Positions 36,490 through 46,165 are shown, numbered from the stretch's first letter. The stretch is 64,000 nucleotides of DNA from Candidatus Nanoarchaeia archaeon (GCA_041653515.1 JBAZFG010000001.1:74332-138331); one strand, 5' to 3'. Translations and numbers: made by a program. Notes: generated from the sequence alone by a model not told the origin.

Positions 36490-37002
36490 TTACTTTATAA
36501 AGTTTTCGGGTGAGTGTTTTTTTAGTATTTTGCCTTGGATTATTTGTTGAGCTAATTCATTCATTGAGTAATTCTTTAATTGCTCGGCCACTCGCTCGTG
36601 CTCTTTTAATTCCTTAACTAATGGTTCAACGTTGCTCTTGGCCACGTAATCCCATTTATTGCTTGGCACGCCCTTGCAGCCATTATTCAACTCAAGTTTC
36701 ATTACTTCTGGGTAGAATATCATGAACGGGTAAGCGCGGCAAACTAACGGTCGGTCAGCGTAACGACTACATAAACCATCCTTTAGTAATGGGCATTTGC
36801 CGTTCTTATTAAGCAAGCCGTAAGGCAGGCCAGAGCGCTGGTCAAAAAATAAATCAATCTTTACGTTATTAACATAATAATTGCCTGCTTTGAAAATAAC
36901 ACCAAGTCGTTTCATATCAAACACTGATAGTTTAATCTCGCCTGAGCAACAAGTATTAACACATTCAGGGCCACTGCACTTAAAATCACGGCTTAATTTC
37001 AT
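36490..37002 (-). CDS. YkgJ/UPF0153-like Cys-cluster (putative Fe-S/Zn) protein
   Basis: N-terminal CSGPECVNTCC cluster plus CPLLKDGLC, ~170 aa. Confidence 0.45.
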   Translation of the reverse strand: MKLSRDFKCSGPECVNTCCSGEIKLSVFDMKRLGVIFKAGNYYVNNVKIDLFFDQRSGLPYGLLNKNGKCPLLKDGLCSRYADRPLVCRAYPFMIFYPEVMKLELNNGCKGVPSNKWDYVAKSNVEPLVKELKEHERVAEQLKNYSMNELAQQIIQGKILKKHSPENFIK

Positions 37003-37057
37003 GATAATATTAATATGAATAGTTTTTTATTTAAGCATTACATTATTCTTTTACTTA

Positions 37058-37297
37058 ATGAATGTTGGTTTTAAAATCGCTGGCGTTATCTGTTTAGTCC
37101 TAGGTGTTATTGGCGCCTTAGGTGTTTTAGGAACAACTAACCCATTGAGCATTATTAGTGACCCATTATTTAACCTAACTAAATTATTCCTCACTGACAG
37201 CGGCTCATTCTTCCTATGGGTCTTTATCATCGTGCTTGGCTTAACGCTCGTTGGCCCAAGTAAAGGTTTTATTAAAGGCATGGCTACGCGAAAGTAA
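37058..37297 (+). CDS. small membrane protein (79 aa)
   Basis: 2 TM helices. The stop codon lies inside DR1 of the downstream element. Confidence 0.4.
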   Translation: MNVGFKIAGVICLVLGVIGALGVLGTTNPLSIISDPLFNLTKLFLTDSGSFFLWVFIIVLGLTLVGPSKGFIKGMATRK

Positions 37298-37369
37298 GCT
37301 TTATTAAAACAAAGGGGCTGTGCCCCTCTTGACTCCCCCTTTCTTTGAAAGTAAGCTTTATTAAAACAA
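37290..37369 (+). repeat. perfect 23-bp direct repeat (37290-37312 / 37347-37369) flanking a 34-bp GC-rich hairpin insert containing cttgactccccct
   Basis: gaaagtaagctttattaaaacaa occurs twice and includes the stop codon of the upstream gene. The insert has an AGGGGC-tgt-GCCCCT hairpin. Confidence 0.75.
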
Positions 37370-37389
37370 GACTACTATGTTCTTAATCA

Positions 37390-37662
37390 ATGGGGCTTGA
37401 TGATTGGGAAGATATTATTCCAGGGATTGTTATTGTAATATCCATTTTAGCTTTAATTGGTGGGATAGCTAATTTCGTGCCAGCCATTAAGTCAGTGACT
37501 TGGCTTTATACTATCACTAATTTTTTCAACAATATCTTCATGTATGTAGCAGCTGTAATAACACCTTACATACCACTTCAAGCAATCTATATGGCAATAA
37601 TTATTGAGATATTAATGATAATATTTAGCATCATCTTCATACTAAAAGTAACAGTCTTATAG
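37390..37662 (+). CDS. small membrane protein (90 aa)
   Basis: 3 TM helices. Confidence 0.4.
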   Translation: MGLDDWEDIIPGIVIVISILALIGGIANFVPAIKSVTWLYTITNFFNNIFMYVAAVITPYIPLQAIYMAIIIEILMIIFSIIFILKVTVL

Positions 37663-37699
37663 TAAGGATTATTAAATCATCCTTCTTTCTAATTAAATC

Positions 37700-37924
37700 A
37701 TGGCGTCAAGAGTATTAGGGTTCTTCCTTGGTTTATTATTCATTGCCTTGTCATTAGTGCCTTTCGTTGACTCATACTTGAAGAACACTGTAATAACAAC
37801 CATTGCTGGTTATTACAGAACTTACTCATTATGGGTATTGCCAATACCAAGCATTGTATTATTCTTAGTAGGATTATTCTGCTTACAGAGTGCAATTAGG
37901 GATACATGGCCCTTTTATGGTTAA
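37700..37924 (+). CDS. small membrane protein (74 aa)
   Basis: 2 TM helices. Confidence 0.4.
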   Translation: MASRVLGFFLGLLFIALSLVPFVDSYLKNTVITTIAGYYRTYSLWVLPIPSIVLFLVGLFCLQSAIRDTWPFYG

Positions 37925-37936
37925 AAAAAAAAGAAT

Positions 37937-38701
37937 TTATTTATTGTAAGTTATTTTATCAGCCATCTTCATACCGTTATTAATATCACTTGATGTGACA
38001 GCGGTACCAAGATCCATTATTGGCACGTTAATAACTTTATCAGTTAATATTTTTTTATTAGTGAAAGAACCTTGGTCAAAGAATACAAAAATTCTTACAG
38101 TATTCTTTGTTTCAAAATCAATTATTGGCACAAATAAAGGCATTTGACCTGAATGGATTATTTTAAATAGATTAGGTTTAGTAACTGTTTTCTTACCCTC
38201 TTTGAATACTTTTCTTAAACCAACTGCTGGTTTATCAAAGTCATTTAAAACCTTTTCAAAATCACCTTTAGTTCCATAAGACTTGAAAATAATCTCAATA
38301 GCCCTTTGGCCCAAGCCTCTCTTCTTATTTTCCAATTTCTTCCAAGCTTTTTGTATATCATCACCAATTAGGTCATACAAATCAGCAGAAGGCCCTACTT
38401 TTAATTGAGGTATTGAGATTAATCCATTCTTTACAGATTCTTTAAAGTAATCTCTATTCTTGACACCTGAAATATCACTTGATACATCAATTAATACTAT
38501 TAAAATTGCTGTATTATGTTCTTTAGTTTCAGCGTAAATTACTGCAAAATTTTTGTAAGCTTCATCAAAGTGGTAATCAACATTTTTTAAGCCTCTGCCA
38601 ATACCAAATTTTTTCCCTTTAAGGTCACTAAGAACACCTTGCATATCGCCTGGGTTCTTAAAAGTAAATACCATGGTTTTTAATTCATTTAGGGCAACCA
38701 T
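37937..38701 (-). CDS. hypothetical protein (254 aa)
   Basis: ORF only. Confidence 0.4.
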   Translation of the reverse strand: MVALNELKTMVFTFKNPGDMQGVLSDLKGKKFGIGRGLKNVDYHFDEAYKNFAVIYAETKEHNTAILIVLIDVSSDISGVKNRDYFKESVKNGLISIPQLKVGPSADLYDLIGDDIQKAWKKLENKKRGLGQRAIEIIFKSYGTKGDFEKVLNDFDKPAVGLRKVFKEGKKTVTKPNLFKIIHSGQMPLFVPIIDFETKNTVRIFVFFDQGSFTNKKILTDKVINVPIMDLGTAVTSSDINNGMKMADKITYNK

Positions 38702-38781
38702 GTTTTATTCAAAGTTCTCTCTTTCTTATATATCTTTCTTTTAGAAATCTTTAAATAATTCATTGTCATTTCTTTTTCGGA

Positions 38782-38949
38782 ATGAAGTGCGAGTTATGCT
38801 CCCGTGAGGTTAGTCAGGTGATTCGGTGTCAAATCTGTGATACTCGTTTCTGCCCTGATTGTGGTGATTATGAGCGCTCGCTGTGCAGGGATTGCATTGA
38901 TTTTAATGACGCGCTTGACGGTGACATAGGCGACCTTAATGAATCGTAA
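38782..38949 (+). CDS. small double zinc-ribbon protein (55 aa, four CxxC pairs), absent from the ORF track
   Basis: MKCELCSREVSQVIRCQICDTRFCPDCGDYERSLCRDCIDFNDALDGDIGDLNES; GC-richer than its surroundings. Its 3' end overlaps the hydrolase gene start by 11 nt. Confidence 0.45.
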   Translation: MKCELCSREVSQVIRCQICDTRFCPDCGDYERSLCRDCIDFNDALDGDIGDLNES

Positions 38950-39607
38950 AGAATTAATTGATAGTAATGGTTTTAGGGTTAAACTAAATATTCATAACCC
39001 TTCAGCTAGGAAGACGGTTATTTTTAGTCATGGTTTTCTTAGTAATAAAAACAAATACTTTCTTCAGAGCACTGCTAAAGTAATGGCTCGGCGTGGTTAT
39101 CGTTGTGTTCGTTTTAATTATAAGACTGAGGATATTAGTGACCGATTATTAATTCTTGACGCAGTATTGAATCATATTAGTAAGTCCAGTGACTCAGTGG
39201 GTTTGGTTGGCTCTAGCTTGGGTGGTATGGTGTCCCTTATTACTGCTGTTAAACCAATCATTAAGTCTTTAGTTTTATTAAACCCAGTTTATTATCAGGA
39301 TAAAGTTTATCGTAATTACGTTGCTCATCACTCATTGCTTAAGCGATTGTTTAACAAAAAAGTAGGGTTAGAATTCTTTAAGTATGACTTGCAATCAATT
39401 GTTAAGCGATTAAATAAACCAGTATTAATTATTACTGGGGGTAAGGATGATATTGTTGATTACCGCACAATGAATGGTTTGTATAACGACCTTAAGGGTG
39501 AGAAGCGATTAGTAGTGCTTGATGATTGCGGTCACTCTATCTGGCGCCCAGACCACGTTAGGATTACTCGTAGAGAAATAATTGATTGGTTCAGGAAAAC
39601 ACTCTAA
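38939..39607 (+). CDS. alpha/beta-fold hydrolase
   Basis: GSSLGG nucleophile elbow and a C-terminal DDCGHS His region. Confidence 0.7.
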   Translation: MNRKELIDSNGFRVKLNIHNPSARKTVIFSHGFLSNKNKYFLQSTAKVMARRGYRCVRFNYKTEDISDRLLILDAVLNHISKSSDSVGLVGSSLGGMVSLITAVKPIIKSLVLLNPVYYQDKVYRNYVAHHSLLKRLFNKKVGLEFFKYDLQSIVKRLNKPVLIITGGKDDIVDYRTMNGLYNDLKGEKRLVVLDDCGHSIWRPDHVRITRREIIDWFRKTL

Positions 39608-39849
39608 TTTATTACATACTGTTTTCAGATGAATTACTTGATGTATATTTTAAAACAATTAAATAGCTTATAACTATTATAAGTCCAATTATTCCAATTA
39701 TTATCGAAAAACCGATTATATTCATAATATTTAAAAATATATCCAAGAAAAGTTTAGTCATGTCCATCATATTATTCTATGAATTATAGTTTATAAACTT
39801 TATTTTAGAATTGGTATATTTGTGTAATTCTTGCCGTCTTTTAGTGTCT

Positions 39850-40110
39850 TTATCCAAGGTCTTCTTCTTGGATGACAACGAAGTCGCCGACTGCAATAAC
39901 ACTGCTAAAAGGTATCTGGATGATGCCATCCTTATTGGCTTCTAATTCAAAAGTGCTGGTGTAAGATGTAGGTGAATCAAGCAGTATGTAGATTAACTCA
40001 CCAGTTCTCGTCTCAAAGACTACATCACCGACTTTACCGAAAGTCTTGCCAGTCTTACTGACAACTGTTTTACCAATAATATTCCTTGAGATTATTCGCT
40101 CATCAGCCAT
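39850..40110 (-). CDS. PRC-barrel domain protein
   Basis: 86 aa; IIGKTVVSKTGKTFGKVGDVVFE pattern typical of archaeal PRC-barrel proteins. Confidence 0.55.
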   Translation of the reverse strand: MADERIISRNIIGKTVVSKTGKTFGKVGDVVFETRTGELIYILLDSPTSYTSTFELEANKDGIIQIPFSSVIAVGDFVVIQEEDLG

Positions 40111-40159
40111 AAGAATTAATTATTGGCTCTTTTTATTTAAACCTTTCGAGAACTATTAG

Positions 40160-40816
40160 TTAAAAATCCTTGAAATAAGTTAAGAATAACATGGCAACCA
40201 TCACTATTAACCCGATGACCCCAGCGATTAAAGGGTTGATTAATAGTGTTAAACCAAAGATAACACTGGTTGAGATAATCATTGAAATCCAGACCATTCG
40301 TGACCACATAATTATTTTACTGCCGTCAAGCGGTGGGAACGGCACTAAGTTGAATAAAGCCAGGATGAAGTTAAGGGTGACGCCATAAATTAGTATAGGG
40401 TAATAAGGCGCTAATAAAGCACATATAACACCCATTAAAACATTACTTGCCGGGCCAGCCAGACTAATCTTACCCATTTCCTCAAGCGATAAATTAACAA
40501 ATTTATAACCAAGCCTTGTCTGGTAATAAGTGCTGATGCTAACAAAACCAAGTGCGGCGAAAATAAAGTTACCCCTAGTGATTAAACTAATAATTAAAGA
40601 GAATAATACTCCTTGCGGCCATAAAACGTACTCAGCTTTACAATCAAATGATTCAGCCACTAATTTATGGCTTAACTCATGAATAATAAAAGCTGTGCCA
40701 GCAATAATTGTTATTGGGAGAAAATAATTAAAGTTATTCATTGAGAAGATGAAGCCTAAAACCAAGGTTGATACTAATAAACTACCTAATTCCCGCCAAG
40801 TGAATGTGAACCTCAT
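40160..40816 (-). CDS. site-2 protease (M50) family membrane metalloprotease, minimal form
   Basis: HELSHK in a TM helix and PFPPLDGSKI second motif. Confidence 0.65.
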   Translation of the reverse strand: MRFTFTWRELGSLLVSTLVLGFIFSMNNFNYFLPITIIAGTAFIIHELSHKLVAESFDCKAEYVLWPQGVLFSLIISLITRGNFIFAALGFVSISTYYQTRLGYKFVNLSLEEMGKISLAGPASNVLMGVICALLAPYYPILIYGVTLNFILALFNLVPFPPLDGSKIIMWSRMVWISMIISTSVIFGLTLLINPLIAGVIGLIVMVAMLFLTYFKDF

Positions 40817-41661
40817 TTAATCACGCTGTTAATATAATAAATCTCTGGTTGCCCGAACCGATGCGTTATCTTACCGCATAATAAAATTACATCCCCATTG
40901 CTTAAATTGTTTTCCAACACCCACAAGCCTTTCCAGACAGTAATATTACTTGTCTCATCACATAGTTTGAATACTTGATATTCATTACCGCTTGATGAGT
41001 TAGTTAAGTTAATCTCACTACAAATAGTAGCGTTAACTAATACGTTATTCTCACCTGGTAATAAACTAATTAAATTAATTTTCATTAAGTCAGCGTTACA
41101 ACCAGTCACAGGATAAAAGAATAATATTGCTAACCAACTAATCATAAAAATATTAACCCCCCAGAAAGCCCTACCTTTTTTTAATGAAAACAAGAACTCG
41201 CTGATACTATCCTTATTAATTATTACGATAATAGCGCCAAGGATTAACCCGCCATTAACTAATAAGTCATCCCAAGAGGCTAGGTTGAAACTATAATTAG
41301 GCCCAATTGGCCATAATAACGGCACGCCCATTGGCGTTATGGTGTCAAGCATTAAGTGCGATGCTAAACCAATCAGTAACGCGTAACCGCTTCGCTTGCC
41401 TTTAAACTTCCATACAACTAAGCAAGTGATTATTACGAATAATAATGAGTGGGTAATTGTTCGGTGCTGGATGCCAATAACATAATCAAGGTCAGGTATT
41501 ATTGCGCCAAGAATAACAGTAATAGGATTAAGCATTAACGCCTCGCTTAATGCAACCCCAATTATTGCGTGAGTGATTAAGTTCACGTCAGGCTTCGCCT
41601 TCCTCTGTCCTGTCGGACAGCCATCACCCTCTCCAGTCGCTCCTTTGTTCCTGTTGGACAA
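40813..41661 (-). CDS. membrane-bound metal-dependent hydrolase (YdjM/COG1988-like) with extracellular C-terminal domain
   Basis: ITHAIIGVALS…IPDLDYVIGIQHRTITHS motifs. The N-terminal 30 codons are GC-rich and palindromic, so the true start may be the internal GTG (~41571). Confidence 0.5.
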   Translation of the reverse strand: MSNRNKGATGEGDGCPTGQRKAKPDVNLITHAIIGVALSEALMLNPITVILGAIIPDLDYVIGIQHRTITHSLLFVIITCLVVWKFKGKRSGYALLIGLASHLMLDTITPMGVPLLWPIGPNYSFNLASWDDLLVNGGLILGAIIVIINKDSISEFLFSLKKGRAFWGVNIFMISWLAILFFYPVTGCNADLMKINLISLLPGENNVLVNATICSEINLTNSSSGNEYQVFKLCDETSNITVWKGLWVLENNLSNGDVILLCGKITHRFGQPEIYYINSVIK

Positions 41662-41683
41662 CCGTTAACAATCACTTCTAGTA

Positions 41684-42184
41684 TCATAAGTACCTCAGCG
41701 AGTTTAATGCATTGAAACCATCCATGCCTGGTATTGGCAGTAAATTAATTATTGCTAACCACCAATTAATCACCCTTAATGAGTTAATAAAATCAGCGTT
41801 AGCCTGAACCCAGTTAACGTTGTTGAACTTTTTTAATAAGAGTGTTGTGATGCCAAAGATTGCTAAGTTAGTGAGTGGTCCTGCGAGCGCTGTTAAAACG
41901 TAAACTAATGCGCTAGCGTTACCACTAATACTAACGTAAGCTGGGACAAAAAATACTGGTGCTCCAATAAACCTAAGCACTAAGCCTAACCCCAACCCTT
42001 GATAATTAGCGTGGTAAACTGCTTGCAAGCCACCCGCTATTGCAACAAACTTATGACCTAACTCATGCAATACAATGCTTAAGCCTGCGAGCAGGAATGA
42101 TTGTTTTGGCTTGCCTTTAACTAAAGGCATTAGTATGAAACCCGCAGCTATGATTGTGATTATTATTTCAATTATTTCGAGCAT
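41684..42184 (-). CDS. M50-family (site-2 protease-like) membrane metalloprotease, short paralog
   Basis: LHELGHKFVA and LLPIPGMDGFNAL motifs. Confidence 0.6.
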   Translation of the reverse strand: MLEIIEIIITIIAAGFILMPLVKGKPKQSFLLAGLSIVLHELGHKFVAIAGGLQAVYHANYQGLGLGLVLRFIGAPVFFVPAYVSISGNASALVYVLTALAGPLTNLAIFGITTLLLKKFNNVNWVQANADFINSLRVINWWLAIINLLPIPGMDGFNALNSLRYL

Positions 42185-42275
42185 AAAAATAATTGATGTG
42201 TCATTTCATTAAAAGATTTTTCAAAAAAAACAGTTTAAGTAACATATATATTGTAAAAAGCATTATTTAATTACT

Positions 42276-43019
42276 GTGAGGGTGGAACCACACTTGCGTA
42301 TAAGCAAAGGTGATATTAATGAGCGTTGTATAATCGTTGGTGACCCTAGTCGAGTCCTTAAAATAACTAAGCACTTAAGCGATGTTAAAAAAATTGGTGA
42401 TAACCGCGGTTTCATCACTTATAATGGTGTTTATTCTGGTGTGCCAATAACTGTTGCTTGCACTGGCATTGGTGGCCCAAGCGCGGCTATTGTTATCGAG
42501 GAATTAATTAATTGCGGGGCTAAAATTATTATTCGCGTTGGCAGTGGCGGGGTGATGCGCGAGGAGATTGAAACCGGTGATTTAGTGATTAGTACTGGTG
42601 TTTGTAAAGAAGAGAAATCAACCAAGGCTTACGTGCCTCATGGTTTTGCAGCAGTGCCTAATTATGACGTGCTTAACGCTTTGATTAATAGCGCTTTTCA
42701 GTCAGGTAAGCGTTTTTATTATGGCTTAACTATGTGCACTGATTCTTTCTATGCTAAAACACATCATGATAAAATGGTTGAGTGGGGAGCGTTAAATGTA
42801 ATTGGCAGTGACATGGAGTCATCAATGTTATTCACTTTAGCTGCGATTAAAGGTGTTAGAGCAGGATTCATTTTTTATGCTGGGCTTAATATTTCACGCA
42901 AACAAAAACATGGTGATATTATTAAGCAGGAATCAAAGCGTTTAGCTGGTGAGGAAAACGCTATCATGGTTGCGCTTAATGCAATGAAGAAATTAAAAGG
43001 AGGTGATTTAATTGGCTAA
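42276..43019 (+). CDS. purine/uridine nucleoside phosphorylase (PNP/UDP family 1)
   Basis: GDPSRV…GIGGPSAAIVIEEL…SGGV…DMESS motifs. Confidence 0.8.
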   Translation: MRVEPHLRISKGDINERCIIVGDPSRVLKITKHLSDVKKIGDNRGFITYNGVYSGVPITVACTGIGGPSAAIVIEELINCGAKIIIRVGSGGVMREEIETGDLVISTGVCKEEKSTKAYVPHGFAAVPNYDVLNALINSAFQSGKRFYYGLTMCTDSFYAKTHHDKMVEWGALNVIGSDMESSMLFTLAAIKGVRAGFIFYAGLNISRKQKHGDIIKQESKRLAGEENAIMVALNAMKKLKGGDLIG

Positions 43020-43695
43020 GAAAAAGAGTAAGAAAGCAGTTGTTAAGTCAAAGAAAAAAGTTGTTGCTAAGTCAAAGAGCAAGACTGTTGCTAAGAAAGG
43101 TCTTTGGAATAAACTTAAAGCTGAGTTCACAACTACCGCAATAGTCCTGATACCAATCGCTATTGGTATTAATCAAGTTGGCAGGCTTATTTCAACAGCA
43201 CTTGGACTACCTATATTCCTTGATACTATCGGAACCGTTTTCATGGCAATGCTAGCCGGCCCTTGGGTTGCAGGCGTTGGTGGTTTCTTAACTAACGTGG
43301 TAACCGCTATTGCTTACGGTCGAGCGACATCAATTTTCTTTGGTGTAGTTCAGTTATTCGTTGGTTTGATTGCAGGATGGTTTGTCTATAACGGTTGGCT
43401 TAAGAAACTATGGTCTGTGTTCACGACTGGTGCTTTGATTGCAGTAATAGCTTCACTAGTTAGTGCTTTAATGGTTGTTGCAGTCAGGGGCGGAGTGTCA
43501 GGCACAGGTGTTGATGCTGTAGTAGCATTCTTCCTGGCTTCAGGAACTGGTTTCTGGACTTCAATAGTGTCTGCAAGGATTATTACTGAGATGATTGATA
43601 AGATTATTGCAGTGTTCGTTCCTTGGATTTCAATCAAGAGACTACCTGAGAAATACGCTAGATTGTTCAAGTACACTAGTAAGATTAGGGATTAG
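43012..43695 (+). CDS. ECF-transporter S-component-like membrane protein with Lys-rich N-terminal tail
   Basis: 6 TM helices, immediately upstream of ecfT/ecfA/ecfA'. N-terminus KKKSKKAVVKSKKKVVAKSKSK. Confidence 0.5.
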   Translation: MAKKKSKKAVVKSKKKVVAKSKSKTVAKKGLWNKLKAEFTTTAIVLIPIAIGINQVGRLISTALGLPIFLDTIGTVFMAMLAGPWVAGVGGFLTNVVTAIAYGRATSIFFGVVQLFVGLIAGWFVYNGWLKKLWSVFTTGALIAVIASLVSALMVVAVRGGVSGTGVDAVVAFFLASGTGFWTSIVSARIITEMIDKIIAVFVPWISIKRLPEKYARLFKYTSKIRD

Positions 43696-43719
43696 ACTAA
43701 ATAAGATACATTAATTAAG

Positions 43720-44520
43720 TTGTTTTTATTTTATTATTATTATATGGCGCGAGTTATACTTCTATCCTACATGTATAAGAATTCTTTTTTTCACAAGCTT
43801 AACCCATTAACTAAATTATTAATCACTACTTGCGTTATCATCCTTACTTTTATTCTGAGAAATTTTATTCATAACTTAATATTATTCGCATTATTCCTGC
43901 CAGTGGCTTATTACTCAAAAGTCCTAAGCAAGGTCTTTAAACCACTTAAGTACTTGTTCATTATTTTTGTAATACTATTTGGTATTCAATCATTTTTTTA
44001 CCCCTTTGGTCAGACCGTGCTGGTTGAATTGCCCTTTGGTTTTCATATCTGGCTTGAAGGGATATTATACGCTGCTGACGTGTCAGCCCGTTTGTTAGTC
44101 ATGATGATTTGTGGTTACTGGTTTGTCCTAACCACCCACCCCGGCGACCTTGTGTCTGCTCTTAGGAAGATTGGAATACCGCACGCTTTTGGTTATATTA
44201 TTATTACAACCCTGCAATTAATCCCTAAAGTCCAGTCGCAGATGGAAGTGATTATTGATGCTCAGAAGAGTCGCGGTTTAGAAACACAAGGCAGTGTGAT
44301 TAATAAACTAAAAGCATACACTCCTTTGCTTGGGCCATTATTTATGGGCTCGGTTCAGCAGGTAGTTGAGCGCTCAATGGCTCTTGAAGCAAGGGCTTTT
44401 AGCGCTGACTGCCCTAAGACTAGTTTTAGAAAAACAAGCATTAAGCGCGTTGATAAAATAATCATGGTTTCAGTAGTAATCGCATCAATTACAGGAGGAG
44501 TCTTATCATGGGTGTTGTAG
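43720..44520 (+). CDS. ecfT: ECF transporter transmembrane component EcfT (CbiQ family)
   Basis: AQKSRG signature; ~5-6 TM helices. Confidence 0.7.
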   Translation: MFLFYYYYMARVILLSYMYKNSFFHKLNPLTKLLITTCVIILTFILRNFIHNLILFALFLPVAYYSKVLSKVFKPLKYLFIIFVILFGIQSFFYPFGQTVLVELPFGFHIWLEGILYAADVSARLLVMMICGYWFVLTTHPGDLVSALRKIGIPHAFGYIIITTLQLIPKVQSQMEVIIDAQKSRGLETQGSVINKLKAYTPLLGPLFMGSVQQVVERSMALEARAFSADCPKTSFRKTSIKRVDKIIMVSVVIASITGGVLSWVL

Positions 44521-45356
44521 AATTCAAGGATTACTCATGGACTTATGCTGGTTATAAAAAACCAACACTTAAGAACATTAATCTTGAGGTTAAGAAAGGT
44601 GAGTTTATTGGCTTAATTGGCCGCGTTGGCTCAGGTCGTACATCGCTTTGCTCGTCACTGCTTGGCTTAATACCTCATTTCTATCCTGGTAATACTTCTG
44701 GCAAATTAATTGTTGATGGCTTGAATGTCAGTGAGTCAAGTATTGCTGAGTTATCACAACATGTTGGTCTTGTTTTCCAATCACCAATCAATCAGTTAAG
44801 TGGTGCTGGCACCACGGTTGAGGAAGAACTGGCTTTTGGGCTTGAGAACTTGGGTGTGCCCCGCAGTGAGATGATTAAGCGAATTGATGCGATGATTAAA
44901 TTAATCGGGCTTGAATCATTTAATAAGCGAAGCCCGTTCGAGTTATCTGGTGGTCAGCAACAAAGAGTGGCTATAGCTAGTGTAATGATTATGGAACCTA
45001 ATGTTTTAGTGCTTGATGAACCAACAGCCCAGCTTGACCCATTGGGCACTGAGCAAGTGTTTAGTTTTATTAAAAAATTAACGCGCAAAGGCATCACTAT
45101 TATCATGGCATCTAATAAGATTAATTATTTAGCTGAGTTCGCTGATAAAGTCGCGTTGCTTGATAATAAAATAATCGCGTTTGATGACGCGCGAAAAGTG
45201 CTCACTAATATTGAATTATTAAGAAAGCATAAGTTAACTCCTTCTGATTTAACAATACTTTCTTATAAGTTGAAATCACGAGGTTTGTGGAAAGGGCCAT
45301 TAGCACTTAACATGGCTGACGCTAAAAAAATGATTAAGCAGGTGACGCGCAAATGA
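44508..45356 (+). CDS. ecfA: ECF transporter ATPase EcfA
   Basis: Walker A GRVGSGRTS, LSGGQQQRVAIAS signature, Walker B LVLDEPT. Confidence 0.85.
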   Translation: MGVVEFKDYSWTYAGYKKPTLKNINLEVKKGEFIGLIGRVGSGRTSLCSSLLGLIPHFYPGNTSGKLIVDGLNVSESSIAELSQHVGLVFQSPINQLSGAGTTVEEELAFGLENLGVPRSEMIKRIDAMIKLIGLESFNKRSPFELSGGQQQRVAIASVMIMEPNVLVLDEPTAQLDPLGTEQVFSFIKKLTRKGITIIMASNKINYLAEFADKVALLDNKIIAFDDARKVLTNIELLRKHKLTPSDLTILSYKLKSRGLWKGPLALNMADAKKMIKQVTRK

Positions 45357-46165
45357 TTAGTGTTAATAACCTGACTTTTACTTACCCAATTGGCGTGACT
45401 GCTTTGCGTAACATTAATCTTGAGATTAAACAAGGCGAGGTAGTAGCGATTATTGGCCAGAACGGCAGTGGCAAGACAACACTGGTTAAGCACTTTAATG
45501 GCTTGTTATTACCTACTACTGGCGACGTTTTAATTAATGGCAAGTCAACGTTTAATTCAACCACTGCTCAATTATCCCGCGAGGTTGGTTACGTGTTCCA
45601 GAACCCTGATGACCAGATTTTTAATAACACTGTTTTTGATGAAGTGGCTTTTGGCCCAAAGAATCTTGGCTTAAATAAGCGCGAGGTCAGTAAGCGGGTT
45701 AATGACGCGCTTGAGGTTGTTGGGCTGAGTGCTGTTAAGCGCAAACACCCATTAGACCTTGATTTGAATCAGAAGAAATTAGTGGCTATTGCGAGTATAC
45801 TTGCCATGCACCCACAAGTGCTTATACTTGATGAACCAACCACTGGTCAGGACCATGAAGGTTTAATTAGAGTTGAGTCATTAATTAAGACTTTAAGGAA
45901 GGATCATACTATTATCATGATTTCCCATGACATGGGTTTAGTTGCCCGCGCCGCTGACCGCGTGGTGATGATGTGCAATGGTGGTATTATTTTTGATGGC
46001 TCACCGCGCGAGGCGTTCACTAAGAATGATTTGTTAAAGCGAACTTATCTTCAGCCACCATTAGTCACGCAATTAAGTCAGTCACTTGGCTTAAAAAAGG
46101 ATGTCTTAACTATTGATGAGTTCATTGATAGTATTCATTCTTCCAAACCTCGCTCAAAGGTCTGA
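45353..46165 (+). CDS. ecfA: ECF transporter ATPase EcfA'
   Basis: Walker A GQNGSGKTT, Walker B LILDEPT; 4-nt overlap with the upstream ATPase gene. Confidence 0.85.
   Translation: MISVNNLTFTYPIGVTALRNINLEIKQGEVVAIIGQNGSGKTTLVKHFNGLLLPTTGDVLINGKSTFNSTTAQLSREVGYVFQNPDDQIFNNTVFDEVAFGPKNLGLNKREVSKRVNDALEVVGLSAVKRKHPLDLDLNQKKLVAIASILAMHPQVLILDEPTTGQDHEGLIRVESLIKTLRKDHTIIMISHDMGLVARAADRVVMMCNGGIIFDGSPREAFTKNDLLKRTYLQPPLVTQLSQSLGLKKDVLTIDEFIDSIHSSKPRSKV

Noticed and set aside
39640-39795. Possible 51-aa minus-strand membrane micro-ORF in the 39607-39850 gap
   Set aside because: It is a single hydrophobic stretch in AT-rich DNA with no other support. I mention it only as a possibility.
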